Shown: positions 47,808-57,888, counted from the stretch's first letter. The stretch is DNA of 64,000 nucleotides from Thermodesulfobacteriota bacterium (GCA_049320885.1 JBMORA010000009.1:352001-416000), one strand, 5' to 3'. Made by a program: numbers and translations. The notes: a model not told the origin generated them from the sequence alone.

Positions 47808-48521
47808 ATGTCAAACGTGGATTTCAAGTTGGACGAATCGGTCGCCGTGCTGACCATGAACAGCGGGGAAAACCGGTTCAATCCGGATTTTTTGAATGCC
47901 CTGCGCCGTGTTTTGGACACCATCGAAACGGAAACCGAGGCAAGGACCCTGATCGTCACCTCCGGCCATGAGAAGATTTTTTCCAACGGCCTGGATCTGG
48001 ACTGGCTCGTGCCGGTGATCCAGAAACAGGATTCCGCAACCGCCAAGTCCTTTTTCTATCTATTGATGGATACGTTCAAGCGGGTGGCCACCTATCCGCT
48101 CCTCACCATCGCCGCCTTATCCGGCCATGCCTTTGCCGGGGGCGCCATTTTCAGTTGCGCCTTTGATTACCGGTTCATGCGCGCGGACCGTGGTTTCTTC
48201 TGTTTTCCGGAGGTGGATCTGGGCATCCCGTTCCTGCCCGGAATGATGGCGCTGCTGAAAAAGGCGATCCCCTATACGGTCCTGGAAGACATGGTGTTTT
48301 CCGGCCGTCGGTTGACCGCCGAGGAATGCCGGACCAATCGTATTGTCCGGACCGCCTGCCCAATGCCCGAGCTGCTGCCCGAGGCCCTGGCATTTGCCAA
48401 AAGCCTGAACAAGAAGCGCAGTACGGTAGCGGAAATGAAGAAACGCATGAACAAACCCATTGTGGACGCCATTGAAAAGGAAGACCCGGTCTATATCGAA
48501 TCCGGTGTCTTTCATGTATAG
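47808..48521 (+). CDS. enoyl-CoA hydratase/isomerase
   Basis: ENRFN, FSNGLDL, GHAFAGG, PEVDLG. Confidence 0.88.
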   Translation: MSNVDFKLDESVAVLTMNSGENRFNPDFLNALRRVLDTIETETEARTLIVTSGHEKIFSNGLDLDWLVPVIQKQDSATAKSFFYLLMDTFKRVATYPLLTIAALSGHAFAGGAIFSCAFDYRFMRADRGFFCFPEVDLGIPFLPGMMALLKKAIPYTVLEDMVFSGRRLTAEECRTNRIVRTACPMPELLPEALAFAKSLNKKRSTVAEMKKRMNKPIVDAIEKEDPVYIESGVFHV

Positions 48522-48543
48522 GATCAATGGGTGAGGCTGGACC

Positions 48544-50082
48544 ATGGCGAATTCCGTCCGGAAGGATAAACCCGTGCTGGTCACCGGCGCCACCGGCTAT
48601 GTCGGCGGCCGGCTGGTGCCGCTGCTGCTGGAGTCCGGCTACCGCGTGCGGGCCATGGGCCGTTCCCTGGCCAAATTGAAGGGCCGGCCCTGGGCGTCGC
48701 ATCCGAATCTCACCCTGGCCCAGGGGGATGTGTCGGACCCGGTATCCCTGGGCCGGGCCGTGGACGGCTGTTGGGCCGCTTTCTACCTGGTCCATGCCAT
48801 GCTGGATCATGCCGATGATTTCGCGGAGCGGGACCGGCAGGCAGCCCGCAATATGGTAGCGGCGGCCGAAGCCGCCGGTCTGGAACGGATCATCTATCTC
48901 GGGGGCCTGGGAGATATGAGCCGGCCGGGTCTCAGCGAGCATCTGCGGTCCCGGCAGGAGGTCGCCCATATTCTCCAGTCCGGCAGGGTTCCCGCCACCT
49001 TCCTGAGGGCGGCGGTGATTCTGGGTTCCGGCAGCGTCTCCTTCGAGATCATCCGCTACCTGGTGGAAAGACTGCCGGTGATGATCACTCCCCGGTGGGT
49101 AAACACCCTGAACCAGCCCATCGCCATCCGCAATGTGCTCCATTATCTGCGGGGCTGTCTGGAAACCGATGCGGTGCTGGGGGAAACCTTCGACATCGGG
49201 GGGCCGGATATCCTGACCTACCGCAACCTGTTCGATATGTACGCCGAGGAGGCCGGCCTGGCGAAACGCCGGATCATTCCCATCCCTTTCCTGACCATCG
49301 GGCTTAGCGCCCGCTGGATTCACCTGATCACGCCGATCCCTTCGGCCATCGCCATGTCCCTGGCGGAGGGCCTGCGAAACGAGGTGGTCTGCGGCGACAA
49401 CCGCATCCGGGATCTCATTCCCCAGGAATTGATCGGCTGCCGGGAAACTCTGCGTCTGGCCATCGGGCGCATCCGGGAAGACCGCGTGGATACCTGCTGG
49501 TCCGATGCCGCCTGTCTGCTGCCGCCGGAGTGGGTCTACTGCGGGGACGCGGACTACAGCGGCGGGACCATCCTGCAATGCGCCTATCGCGTGGTCATGG
49601 AGGCTTCCCCCGGGGAAATCTGGCCGCTGGTGGCGCGCATCGGCGGGAAAACCGGCTGGTATTTCGGTTCGACCCTGTGGCGGCTGCGCGGGTTGCTGGA
49701 CCAATGGATCGGCGGCGTGGGCCTGCGGCGGGGCAGACGGCACGCCACCGACATCCGGCCCGGCGACGCTCTGGATTTCTGGCGCGTGCTGGAAGTCAAT
49801 CCGCCCCATCGTCTGCTTCTCCTGGCGGAGATGAAAACCCCCGGCGATGCGCTGCTGGATATCCGCATTGAAGAAGCCCCGTCCGGCGGCGCGGAGGTGC
49901 AACTGGCCGCCCGCTTTCTGCCCCGGGGACTGCCTGGAATTCTGTACTGGTATTGCCTGTACCCGCTGCATGGCTGGATTTTTGGCGGGATGTTGTCGGC
50001 CATCGCCCGGGAGGCACGCCGGCCTCTTCGGGAAGGCCCCCGGAAATTCCGTTCCGTCTACCAGCCGGCTTGTGAAAAATAG
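48544..50082 (+). CDS. YbjT-like NAD(P)-binding SDR with DUF2867
   Basis: TGATGYVG, HLRSR.EV, SFEI, GG..GWY, LDFWRV, AEMK.PG. Confidence 0.88.
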   Translation: MANSVRKDKPVLVTGATGYVGGRLVPLLLESGYRVRAMGRSLAKLKGRPWASHPNLTLAQGDVSDPVSLGRAVDGCWAAFYLVHAMLDHADDFAERDRQAARNMVAAAEAAGLERIIYLGGLGDMSRPGLSEHLRSRQEVAHILQSGRVPATFLRAAVILGSGSVSFEIIRYLVERLPVMITPRWVNTLNQPIAIRNVLHYLRGCLETDAVLGETFDIGGPDILTYRNLFDMYAEEAGLAKRRIIPIPFLTIGLSARWIHLITPIPSAIAMSLAEGLRNEVVCGDNRIRDLIPQELIGCRETLRLAIGRIREDRVDTCWSDAACLLPPEWVYCGDADYSGGTILQCAYRVVMEASPGEIWPLVARIGGKTGWYFGSTLWRLRGLLDQWIGGVGLRRGRRHATDIRPGDALDFWRVLEVNPPHRLLLLAEMKTPGDALLDIRIEEAPSGGAEVQLAARFLPRGLPGILYWYCLYPLHGWIFGGMLSAIAREARRPLREGPRKFRSVYQPACEK

Positions 50083-50139
50083 GGAAAGCCGAAATCCGGA
50101 AAGGAAGGCCGGAAACGAAAAAAGCCGGGAGAAGGATCG

Positions 50140-50505
50140 ATGACCAGAACGCGCAGACAGATCGAGTCGGAAATCAGCGAGGCCGTGACCCGGTTTGAAA
50201 AGGAATACATGGGCCGGGGGCCGCTGGAGACCAAGACTTATCTCATCGAGGATATGGTGCTGGTGCGCTTGAAAGGGGTACTGACCCAGGCCGAGCACCA
50301 GTTGGCGGAAACCGCTGAAACCAGCGGCGGCCGGGAACTGATCAAACGGGTCCGGGTGGCCTTGATTGAAAAAGGTCGGCCCCTGCTCCAGGCCGAGGTG
50401 GAATCCCTGGTGGGTGTCGGGGTCAAGAGTCTCCACACCGACATCAGCACCGTGACCGGGGAACGTGTCATTCTGTTCACTCTGACGGCTACGCCTGATT
50501 TTTAA
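50140..50505 (+). CDS. DUF2294 (MpsC-like) protein
   Basis: E.EISEA..RFEKEY.GRGP, LT.AE, LHTDIS..TGE. Confidence 0.85.
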   Translation: MTRTRRQIESEISEAVTRFEKEYMGRGPLETKTYLIEDMVLVRLKGVLTQAEHQLAETAETSGGRELIKRVRVALIEKGRPLLQAEVESLVGVGVKSLHTDISTVTGERVILFTLTATPDF

Positions 50506-50524
50506 TGGCTTCGTATCGCCGGAA

Positions 50525-51064
50525 TCAAGCGCTCCCGGCCAGCGCCTGGCGGATTGCCCTGGCGATTTTGTCGCGGATGACCGGCTTCAAGACGAATCCT
50601 TGGCTGCCGGGCGTTCTGGCTCTGCCCTCATCTCCCTGACTGTCCGTGATCACCACGGCCTCACCGGTCTGCTCCATGGCCAGTTCCAGGCGGCGCAGTT
50701 CGGCGACTCGTCTTTCAAGGGACTGCTGGGTCCGTTTCAGTTCGGACATGTCCCGCGCGATGGCGGTCACAGCAGAGACATTCCCGGCCTCATCACGTTC
50801 GGGTGAAAACAGTCAGTCGATCCAGCGCTGATCCGGCAGCTGAATCTCTTGGCGGTATTCCAGGCCGCCGGCAACGACCTGCTCGATGGCGGTAGAGCAC
50901 AAATTGCACAGCAGTGGGAAAACCCCCAATTCCTGCATCGTTTTCCCGGGAATGATCCGCCTGTCGGCCTCCAACAGCGTGTTGGCACCGGGATTGACGA
51001 ACAGCAGGCGCCCGCTGATGATGTTGCCGCAGATGCATTCCAGCATTGGATTTCCCTGGGCCAT
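50525..51064 (-). pseudogene. collapsed PAS/hybrid histidine kinase relic
   Basis: PAS-PAC fragment with an in-frame TGA at 50813; start of a second PAS joined to a receiver tail (FVLKPV...AIRQAL). Confidence 0.7.
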
Positions 51065-51257
51065 TAGATGTTGTATATTGACATTTTATGCGTATCATGG
51101 GAAAAAAACAATTTGGAAATCGGTCAGCCGGATAAAAACTGCCCGGCAGGGTTTACCCGGAGGACGCAGCAGGCGGTGAAGCGGATTGCTCTTAACGCCT
51201 GCATGGGGTCGATGAGTCCGGTACGGGCCCTTTCAGCAGGGCGATACCTTGGAAAAT

Positions 51258-51299
51258 AAGGCCGAAGTCGTCGCGTCAGGACGATTTCCGGCCTTTTTT
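51258..51299 (+). terminator. intrinsic terminator immediately upstream of birA
   Basis: AAGGCCG.AGTCGTC / GACGATT.CCGGCCTT stem plus T-run. Confidence 0.6.
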
Positions 51300-51313
51300 A
51301 TTCCTCCGGGCCG

Positions 51314-52162
51314 ATGGACCCGTTGTATGGAAGGGAGGCTGAAATGAGCGGCGCAGGGCACCGGCGAGGAGAAACGGATTGCCTGCCGGCAGGGCTTCGG
51401 CAGACGGGATGCCAGCCGATTGCCGGCGGTGTGGATGAACCGCCGGTTTTCATAGTGGAGGCCTGCGATTCCACCATGAACCTGGCGTGGCGTCTGCTTG
51501 CGGAAGACCGGTTTCCGGAATGGGCCTCGGTGCTGGCGGAAAGCCAGTCCGCGGGACGCGGGCAATTCGGGCGGGGCTGGTATTCCCCGCCGGGGAATCT
51601 GTATGCGTCCCTGCGTCTTCCCCGGCCCGGAACAGCGGTTTGGACCGGACTGCTCCCACTCCTGCTGGCGGCGTCGATGCATGCGATTCTGCGCGGCCGC
51701 GGTTTGCCCGCGGCCATCAAATGGCCGAACGATCTGCTCGTCGCTGGGAAAAAAGTTGGCGGCATACTGGTGGAGATGAAATCCGACGCGGTCATCGCCG
51801 GCGTCGGTCTGAACCTGGCGTGGGCGCCGCAATTCCGTGATTTGCGGCATCCGCTTGCCCCTCCGGCCGGCTGCCTGCGGGAATTCGGGCTGCAAGACGT
51901 TCCCCGGGATATATGGATGCCCTTTGTCCGGGATTTGCGGGCGCGGATGCAGCGGAGTCTGGAACAGGATGATCCGGAACAGTTCACCGAAAGACTGGCC
52001 CCCCATCTGGCCTATGTCGACGAGCGTATTCTGCTGGACGCCCATGCAGCCGGAGAGCGCCCCGTGATTTTTCAAGGGATCGACGCGGGCGGGGGAATCC
52101 GGGTGCTGACCGCCGATGGCGTCAAGATTTACCGTTCCGGGAGCTTGTATCCGGCGGTATGA
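51314..52162 (+). CDS. birA: biotin--protein ligase (no HTH)
   Basis: STM, Q.AGRGQ.GR.W.SP, IKWPND, KVGGIL. Confidence 0.9.
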   Translation: MDPLYGREAEMSGAGHRRGETDCLPAGLRQTGCQPIAGGVDEPPVFIVEACDSTMNLAWRLLAEDRFPEWASVLAESQSAGRGQFGRGWYSPPGNLYASLRLPRPGTAVWTGLLPLLLAASMHAILRGRGLPAAIKWPNDLLVAGKKVGGILVEMKSDAVIAGVGLNLAWAPQFRDLRHPLAPPAGCLREFGLQDVPRDIWMPFVRDLRARMQRSLEQDDPEQFTERLAPHLAYVDERILLDAHAAGERPVIFQGIDAGGGIRVLTADGVKIYRSGSLYPAV

Positions 52163-52183
52163 ATTCAGATAAGGAGTGTTGTC

Positions 52184-55100
52184 ATGTCGAAATCATTCGA
52201 ACAAGTCGCGGCTGAAATCCGCGGGAAAAAAATATTGGTGGCCAACCGCGGCATAACGGCCCGGCGGATCATGCGATCCATCCGGGAAGTATTCCAGGCC
52301 GTTCCGGTGCTGACGGTGACCGATGCGGACAAGACCGCGCCCTTCACCGCCGGGGCCCAGGAGTTGATCCTGCTGGGCGAGAATCCCAGGGCGTATCTGT
52401 CCATCGACCGCATCATCTCCCTGGCCAAAAAACACGGAATTTCGGCCGTGCATCCGGGATGGGGTTTCGCCTCGGAGGATTCCGGGTTCCCGCAGAAATG
52501 CCATGAGGCGGATCTCCTGTTCATCGGACCCACCGCGGAAGCCATGCAGCTTCTGGGGAACAAGGTCAAGGTGCGGGAACTGGCCAGCGGCATCGGTATT
52601 CCGGTGGTGCCGGGTTCCGCAGGCGCTGTGGGCATCCATGAGGCCCGCAAGGTGGCCACGGAAATGGGCCTGCCGGTGATGCTGAAGGCCGAAGGTGGCG
52701 GGGGCGGCAGGGGGATTTACGAGGTCCATGACCTGGAACAGCTGGAGAGCGCTTTTATCAAGGCTTCCACCCTGGCCCAGGCCTCCTTCGGGAATCCGCG
52801 CCTGTTTGTGGAAAAACTGCTCACTTCCGTGCGGCACATCGAAATTCAGGTGATCGCGGACCACCACGGCCATGTGTTCGCCTTTGACGAACGGGACTGC
52901 ACGATCCAGCGCAACCATCAGAAACTGGTGGAGATCACCCCTTCCCCCTGGCCGGGCATGACCCCGGAGCGGCGGGAGCGGTTGAAACGCTATGCCGAAA
53001 AACTGGTGCGGGCAGTGGGATATCACTCCCTGGCGACCGTGGAATTCCTGGTGGACGGCGACGGCCATGAATACCTGATCGAGGTCAATACCCGGCTGCA
53101 GGTGGAGCACGGCATCACGGAATGCCGTTACGGCGTGGATCTGGTGGAGGAACAGATCGCCGTCGCCTTCGGCGCCACCCTTCGTTTCCGTCCCGAAACC
53201 ACCCTGCCGGTCAGCCATGCGATTCAGGTCCGGATCAACTGTGAAGATCCCCGCCAGGGCTTTGCGCCCAATTCGGGTCTGATTACCCGGTATATCTCCC
53301 CGGGCGGACCTGGCGTACGCCTGGATTCCTGTATCTCCGGCGGGTATGCCTTCCCGCCCCACTACGACTCGGCGGCGGCCCTGCTCATCGCCTATGGCAG
53401 GGACTGGGAAAAAACCTTGGCCATCCTGGACCGGTCCCTGAACGAATACATCATCGGCGGTCTGAAGACCACCATCCCGTTCCACCGGCGGATCATCAAC
53501 CATCCCCGCTTCCTGTCCGGGAATTACGATACGCGGTTCATCGAAACAACGCCGGAACTGATGGTCTACCGGGATGTGGAACCGGAGGCCATGCGCCTGA
53601 GCCGGCTCGCGGCCGAGATTTCGGCCAGGGGATACAATTCCTTCGTCCAGCTGGGGGACTATCGCGGCACCCAGGACAAACGCATGCCGCCCTTTGCTCC
53701 GGTACTGCCGCCCCTGGAAGAATCAGAGAGATCCGGAAGCGCCTATCCCAGGGGGGACCGCAAGGCCCTGTTGGATTATATCCGGGATTCCGGTCTGGTG
53801 CATTTCACGGACACCACTCCCCGGGATATCACCCAGTCCAACAGCGGCAACCGTTTCCGGCTGGCCGAGGACAAACTCATCGGGCCCTATCTCGACCGGT
53901 GCGGCTTTTTTTCCATCGAGAACGGCGGCGGCGCGCATTTCCATGTGGCCATGATGGCCAACATGACCTATCCCTTCAACGAAGCCAGAAGTTGGAACCA
54001 GTTCGCCCCGAAAACCCTGAAACAGATTCTGGTGCGTTCCACCAACCTGCTGGGCTACAAACCCCAGCCGCGGAATCTCATGCGGCTGACGGGTGAGCGG
54101 ATTTGCGCCCATCACGACGTGATCCGGTGCTTTGACTTTTTGAACCATGTCGACAACATGCAGCCCCTGGCGGAAGTCGTCATGAATTCGCCCGGGAATG
54201 TGTTCGAACCGGCCGTGTCCCTGTCCTGGGCCGAGGGCTTCGATGTGCCGCACTACATGGGTGTGGTGGACGCCATGGTGGCCATGGCGGCTGATGCCGG
54301 AGGCCTGCCCGAGAAAGCGGCGGTCCGGGAGTTCATCCTCGGTTTGAAGGACATGGCCGGGGTTTGTCCGCCCCGTTTCATGCGGGCCCTGGTGACGGCG
54401 ATCCGGAAGAAATACCCCGACCTGGTGATCCATTATCACCGGCATTTCACCGACGGGCTTTTCGTGCCGGCATGCGGGGCCGCGGCCCAGGCCGGCGCCC
54501 ATATTCTGGACACGGCCATCGGCGCGGCCGTCCGCTGGTACGGTCAGGGGGAGGTGTTGTCCACCGCCGCCTACATCGAGGAAGAACTGGGATTGAAAAC
54601 CGGCGTCGACCGGGAGATGATCCGGGCCTGCAATTTCGTCCTCAAGCAGATCATGCCGTATTATGACCGCTATACCGCCCCCTATTTCCGGGGTATCGAT
54701 CATGACGTGGTCTTCCACGGCATGCCCGGCGGCGCCACGTCCTCGTCCCAGGAAGGCGCCATGAAACAGGGCTATATCAACCTGCTGCCCTATATGTTGC
54801 GCTACCTGGCCGGCACCCGCCGGATCGTCCGCTACCACGATGTAACGCCCGGCTCCCAGATCACCTGGAATACCGCTTTTCTTGCGGTCACCAAGGCCTT
54901 CCAGCGCGGAGGCGAGGAAGAGGTCCGCCATCTCTTGTGGGTCCTGGAATCCGTTGCCGGGGTTCCGGAAGACCGTCTGAACGCGGAATTGAAAAAAGAG
55001 CGGCTGATCCTGTACCGGGAAAGCAATGACGCTTTCCGGGATTTGCTCATGGGCCGTTTCGGCCGGCTGCCCCTGGGATTCCCGCCGGATTGGGTTTATG

Positions 55101-55873
55101 AAAGCGTTTTCGGGGAAAAGTACCGGCAGCTGTTGCCCCAGCGCACCCAGGAGTCGCCGCTCGCATCCCTCGTGGATGTGGACTTCGATGCGGAAAAAGC
55201 CGATCTGGCCCGTCAGATCGAGCGGGAACCCACGGGCGAGGAACTGGTCATGTACCTCAACCATCCGGCCGATGCCCTGAAAACCATCCGGTTCCGCCAG
55301 GAATTCGGCAACCCCAACCGCTTGCCTCTGGATGTCTGGTTCGAGGGACTAACCCCGGACCGGGAGCTTGTTTTCAATGACAGCGACGGCAAACCTCACC
55401 GCATGGTCATCCTGGATATGGCGCCGGCCGATGCGGAAGGGGTGAGTCTGGTGCGCTATGCCCTGGATGACGAGACTTTCGCCTATCCGGTCAAAGTCGC
55501 GGCCGCCACGGGCGCTAAAACCGGCATTCTGGAAATGGCCGACCGGAACAATACGTTCCATGTCGGTTCTCCCAGCACCGGGGATCTGTGGGTCATGTAT
55601 GTCAAGCCTGGCGATCTGGTGAAAAAAGGGGAGGAACTGTTCAACATCACCATCATGAAACAGGAGAAGGCGGTGCCGGCCCCCATGGACGGAATTGTGG
55701 AACGGGTATTAAAAACCGCCGATTTCAAGCACGACAAGAAAATGGTGCCGGTGCGGGAAGGCGAACTGCTGGTGGTGTTGGGGGCGGTACCGAAAAAATG
55801 CGCCGGCTGTCAGACCCCCATCCGGGAGGATAGTTTCCGTTTCTGCCCTTCCTGCGGCGCCTCCGTGGAATAA
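52184..55873 (+). CDS. pyc: pyruvate carboxylase
   Basis: BC domain (ANRG, HPGWG, GGGGRG), CT domain (DTT.RD..QS, KDMAG, H.H), biotinyl MKQ. Confidence 0.93.
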   Translation: MSKSFEQVAAEIRGKKILVANRGITARRIMRSIREVFQAVPVLTVTDADKTAPFTAGAQELILLGENPRAYLSIDRIISLAKKHGISAVHPGWGFASEDSGFPQKCHEADLLFIGPTAEAMQLLGNKVKVRELASGIGIPVVPGSAGAVGIHEARKVATEMGLPVMLKAEGGGGGRGIYEVHDLEQLESAFIKASTLAQASFGNPRLFVEKLLTSVRHIEIQVIADHHGHVFAFDERDCTIQRNHQKLVEITPSPWPGMTPERRERLKRYAEKLVRAVGYHSLATVEFLVDGDGHEYLIEVNTRLQVEHGITECRYGVDLVEEQIAVAFGATLRFRPETTLPVSHAIQVRINCEDPRQGFAPNSGLITRYISPGGPGVRLDSCISGGYAFPPHYDSAAALLIAYGRDWEKTLAILDRSLNEYIIGGLKTTIPFHRRIINHPRFLSGNYDTRFIETTPELMVYRDVEPEAMRLSRLAAEISARGYNSFVQLGDYRGTQDKRMPPFAPVLPPLEESERSGSAYPRGDRKALLDYIRDSGLVHFTDTTPRDITQSNSGNRFRLAEDKLIGPYLDRCGFFSIENGGGAHFHVAMMANMTYPFNEARSWNQFAPKTLKQILVRSTNLLGYKPQPRNLMRLTGERICAHHDVIRCFDFLNHVDNMQPLAEVVMNSPGNVFEPAVSLSWAEGFDVPHYMGVVDAMVAMAADAGGLPEKAAVREFILGLKDMAGVCPPRFMRALVTAIRKKYPDLVIHYHRHFTDGLFVPACGAAAQAGAHILDTAIGAAVRWYGQGEVLSTAAYIEEELGLKTGVDREMIRACNFVLKQIMPYYDRYTAPYFRGIDHDVVFHGMPGGATSSSQEGAMKQGYINLLPYMLRYLAGTRRIVRYHDVTPGSQITWNTAFLAVTKAFQRGGEEEVRHLLWVLESVAGVPEDRLNAELKKERLILYRESNDAFRDLLMGRFGRLPLGFPPDWVYESVFGEKYRQLLPQRTQESPLASLVDVDFDAEKADLARQIEREPTGEELVMYLNHPADALKTIRFRQEFGNPNRLPLDVWFEGLTPDRELVFNDSDGKPHRMVILDMAPADAEGVSLVRYALDDETFAYPVKVAAATGAKTGILEMADRNNTFHVGSPSTGDLWVMYVKPGDLVKKGEELFNITIMKQEKAVPAPMDGIVERVLKTADFKHDKKMVPVREGELLVVLGAVPKKCAGCQTPIREDSFRFCPSCGASVE

Positions 55874-55886
55874 GTTTTTCAATCCC

Positions 55887-56083
55887 CGCAACCTAAGTTG
55901 CCGTGTGAACCTTGCTTGCCCGTCCGGCAAATCCTTGCCGGACGGGCTTTTGTTTGCAACAGCCGCCCCGACCCGCAACCTGGGTTGCCGGGAATCCGGT
56001 TTTCCCTCGACCAGTTTTTTACTAATTAAATCCAAATAAATCAAATTAATAGCCGAATTCCTCCCCCTGGCACTCCCCTTGCT
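55887..56083 (+). promoter_or_regulatory. sigma54 promoter with two candidate enhancer palindromes
   Basis: TGGCACTCCCCTTGCT (56068-56083); CGCAACCTAAGTTGCCG (55887) and CGCAACCTGGGTTGCCG (55974); AT-rich tract between. Confidence 0.75.
55918..55951 (+). terminator. intrinsic terminator of pyc
   Basis: Perfect 13-bp stem GCCCGTCCGGCAA-ATCC-TTGCCGGACGGGC plus TTTT. Confidence 0.85.
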
Positions 56084-56123
56084 CTACTACCGGCCAACGC
56101 TCACAACAACAGGGGGAATCACC

Positions 56124-57791
56124 ATGGCAACCATCACCTTCACCGACAAACTTCCGACCATCGAAACCATCACCCGGATGCTCATTCAGGAAGCGCTCAA
56201 ACGCGCCGGCGGCGACAAGAGCGCCGCTGCCAAAATGCTGGGCCTTTCGGAAAAAAACCTGGGAAACCAGCTCAAGAAATGGCGCTCCATGGTCGGACAG
56301 GCCATGCTGGTTCTGTGCCTGCTTTTCACGGCCCCCGGAGCCCGGGCCGATGAAACCGGCGGCTTCGTGGACGGACAGGTGGTGGTCCGTTTCCAGGCCG
56401 ATGCCCATCCGGCCGATATCGACGCCCTGATCCGGGATCGCGGCCTGGCGGTCCATGAACAAATCGACGCCATTCAGTATTATGTCCTGATCCTGCCGCC
56501 TGGTGCGAGCGTTATGGAAACGGTGGCCGAGCTGAAGAAAAACCCCCTGGTCAGCGCCTGTGAGCCCAATTACGACCATGAAACCCTGGATTTCCCCAAC
56601 GACGAGCTGTTCCCCCGGCAATGGAGCCTGGACAATCCCGAAACAGGCGGCTCCGGCATGGCCGTCACCAAGGCCTGGGAAGTGGAAGCGGGCAGCAGCG
56701 ACATCATCGTGGCGGTCATCGACATGGGCTTCGACCTGACCCATGAGGACCTCCAGGCCAACCTCTGGCGCAATCCGGGCGAAATCGAGAACAACGGTGT
56801 GGACGACGACCGCAACGGCTATGTGGACGATATCACGGGCTGGGATTTCGTCAACCAGCCGGTGGGCCTCGAGGAACCGGCCAACGATTACCGGGATGAG
56901 GACAACGACCCCACCTTCCGGCTCTCCTCCCACGGCAACCGGGTCCAGGGCATCATCGGCGCCACCACCGGCAACGGCATCGGCATCGCCGGCATCGCCG
57001 GCAAGAGCCGGGTGATGCTCATCCGCGCCGGGTACATGAACACCGAAGGCAACGCGGTGCTGAGCTCCTCCCATGTGGCCAAGGGCGTGATCTATGCCGC
57101 GGACAACGGCGCCCGGGTGATCAACATCAGTTCGGGCAGCGATCGCTACAGCAACAGCTACAAGGCGGCCCTGGAATACGCCGCGAGCAAGGGGGTCCTG
57201 ATCGTCTGCAGCGCCGGCAACGAAGGCTCGGGCTCCCTGGTGTACCCGGCGGCCTACGATATCCCCGGCCTGATCTCCGTGGGCGCCACGGACAAGAATG
57301 ACGGCAAATCCTGGTTCTCCAACTTCGGCGACTGGGTGGACGTGTCCGCCCCGGGTCAGAACATCGTCACCACCCTTCTGGACAACGGCTACGGCGAAAC
57401 CCAGGGCACCTCCTTCTCCGCGCCCATGGTGGCGGCCACTGCGGCCTTGATCTTCGCCCGCTACCCCTTGTGGACCCCGGCCCGGGTGAAGGACCAGATC
57501 ATGAATACCGTGGATGTGGCGGCCGGCCTTTCCGGCGCTAACCTGACCTCCGGCCGGATCAACGCCTATCGGGCCTTGACCGCCGATCCCGCCTCCTTCG
57601 GGGAAGAGACGGAAACCACCCGCACCCAGGCCTCGACGGCACAGGCTCCTGCGGCGGAGGAAGGCGGCTCGGGCGGCGGCGGTTGCTTCATCGCCTCCAC
57701 CACCACGGAATATCCTGCAACGGGCATGCTGCCGATGGGTCTGCTCCTCTTGATCGCCGCGGTCTTCCGGCCGGTGCGGAAAAAAGGATAG
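56124..57791 (+). CDS. S8 subtilase with N-terminal Fis-type HTH and C-terminal GGGGCFI sorting tail
   Basis: Triad VAVID / SHG / GTSFSAP; HTH IQEAL..AGG.KS.AA..LG; tail GGGGGCFIA + TM + RKK. Confidence 0.88.
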   Translation: MATITFTDKLPTIETITRMLIQEALKRAGGDKSAAAKMLGLSEKNLGNQLKKWRSMVGQAMLVLCLLFTAPGARADETGGFVDGQVVVRFQADAHPADIDALIRDRGLAVHEQIDAIQYYVLILPPGASVMETVAELKKNPLVSACEPNYDHETLDFPNDELFPRQWSLDNPETGGSGMAVTKAWEVEAGSSDIIVAVIDMGFDLTHEDLQANLWRNPGEIENNGVDDDRNGYVDDITGWDFVNQPVGLEEPANDYRDEDNDPTFRLSSHGNRVQGIIGATTGNGIGIAGIAGKSRVMLIRAGYMNTEGNAVLSSSHVAKGVIYAADNGARVINISSGSDRYSNSYKAALEYAASKGVLIVCSAGNEGSGSLVYPAAYDIPGLISVGATDKNDGKSWFSNFGDWVDVSAPGQNIVTTLLDNGYGETQGTSFSAPMVAATAALIFARYPLWTPARVKDQIMNTVDVAAGLSGANLTSGRINAYRALTADPASFGEETETTRTQASTAQAPAAEEGGSGGGGCFIASTTTEYPATGMLPMGLLLLIAAVFRPVRKKG

Positions 57792-57819
57792 GGCGCTTCC
57801 GGGGGACCGTCGGTTTCAG

Positions 57820-57870
57820 GCGGTTTCCACCGGGCCGGGGAAGTTCGATCCCGGCCGGTTGGAAACCGCT
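57820..57870. terminator. long hairpin between convergent genes
   Basis: GCGGTTTCCACCGG.CCGGG / CCCGGCCGG.TGGAAACCGC. Confidence 0.65.
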
Positions 57871-57888
57871 TCGGTTTTATGGGGCGGG

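Noticed and set aside
48175..50436. Long antisense ORFs (753 aa here; also 40009-41703, 38191-39735, 53723-55264 and others)
   Set aside because: Shadow frames of well-supported genes in GC-rich DNA; no recognisable motifs.
50813..50815. Second selenocysteine codon
   Set aside because: Context fits Trp (TGG to TGA) in a decayed PAS gene; no redox motif or clear SECIS.
55918..55951. c-di-GMP riboswitch (GGCAAA motif)
   Set aside because: Explained fully by a perfect hairpin plus T-run; no second stem.
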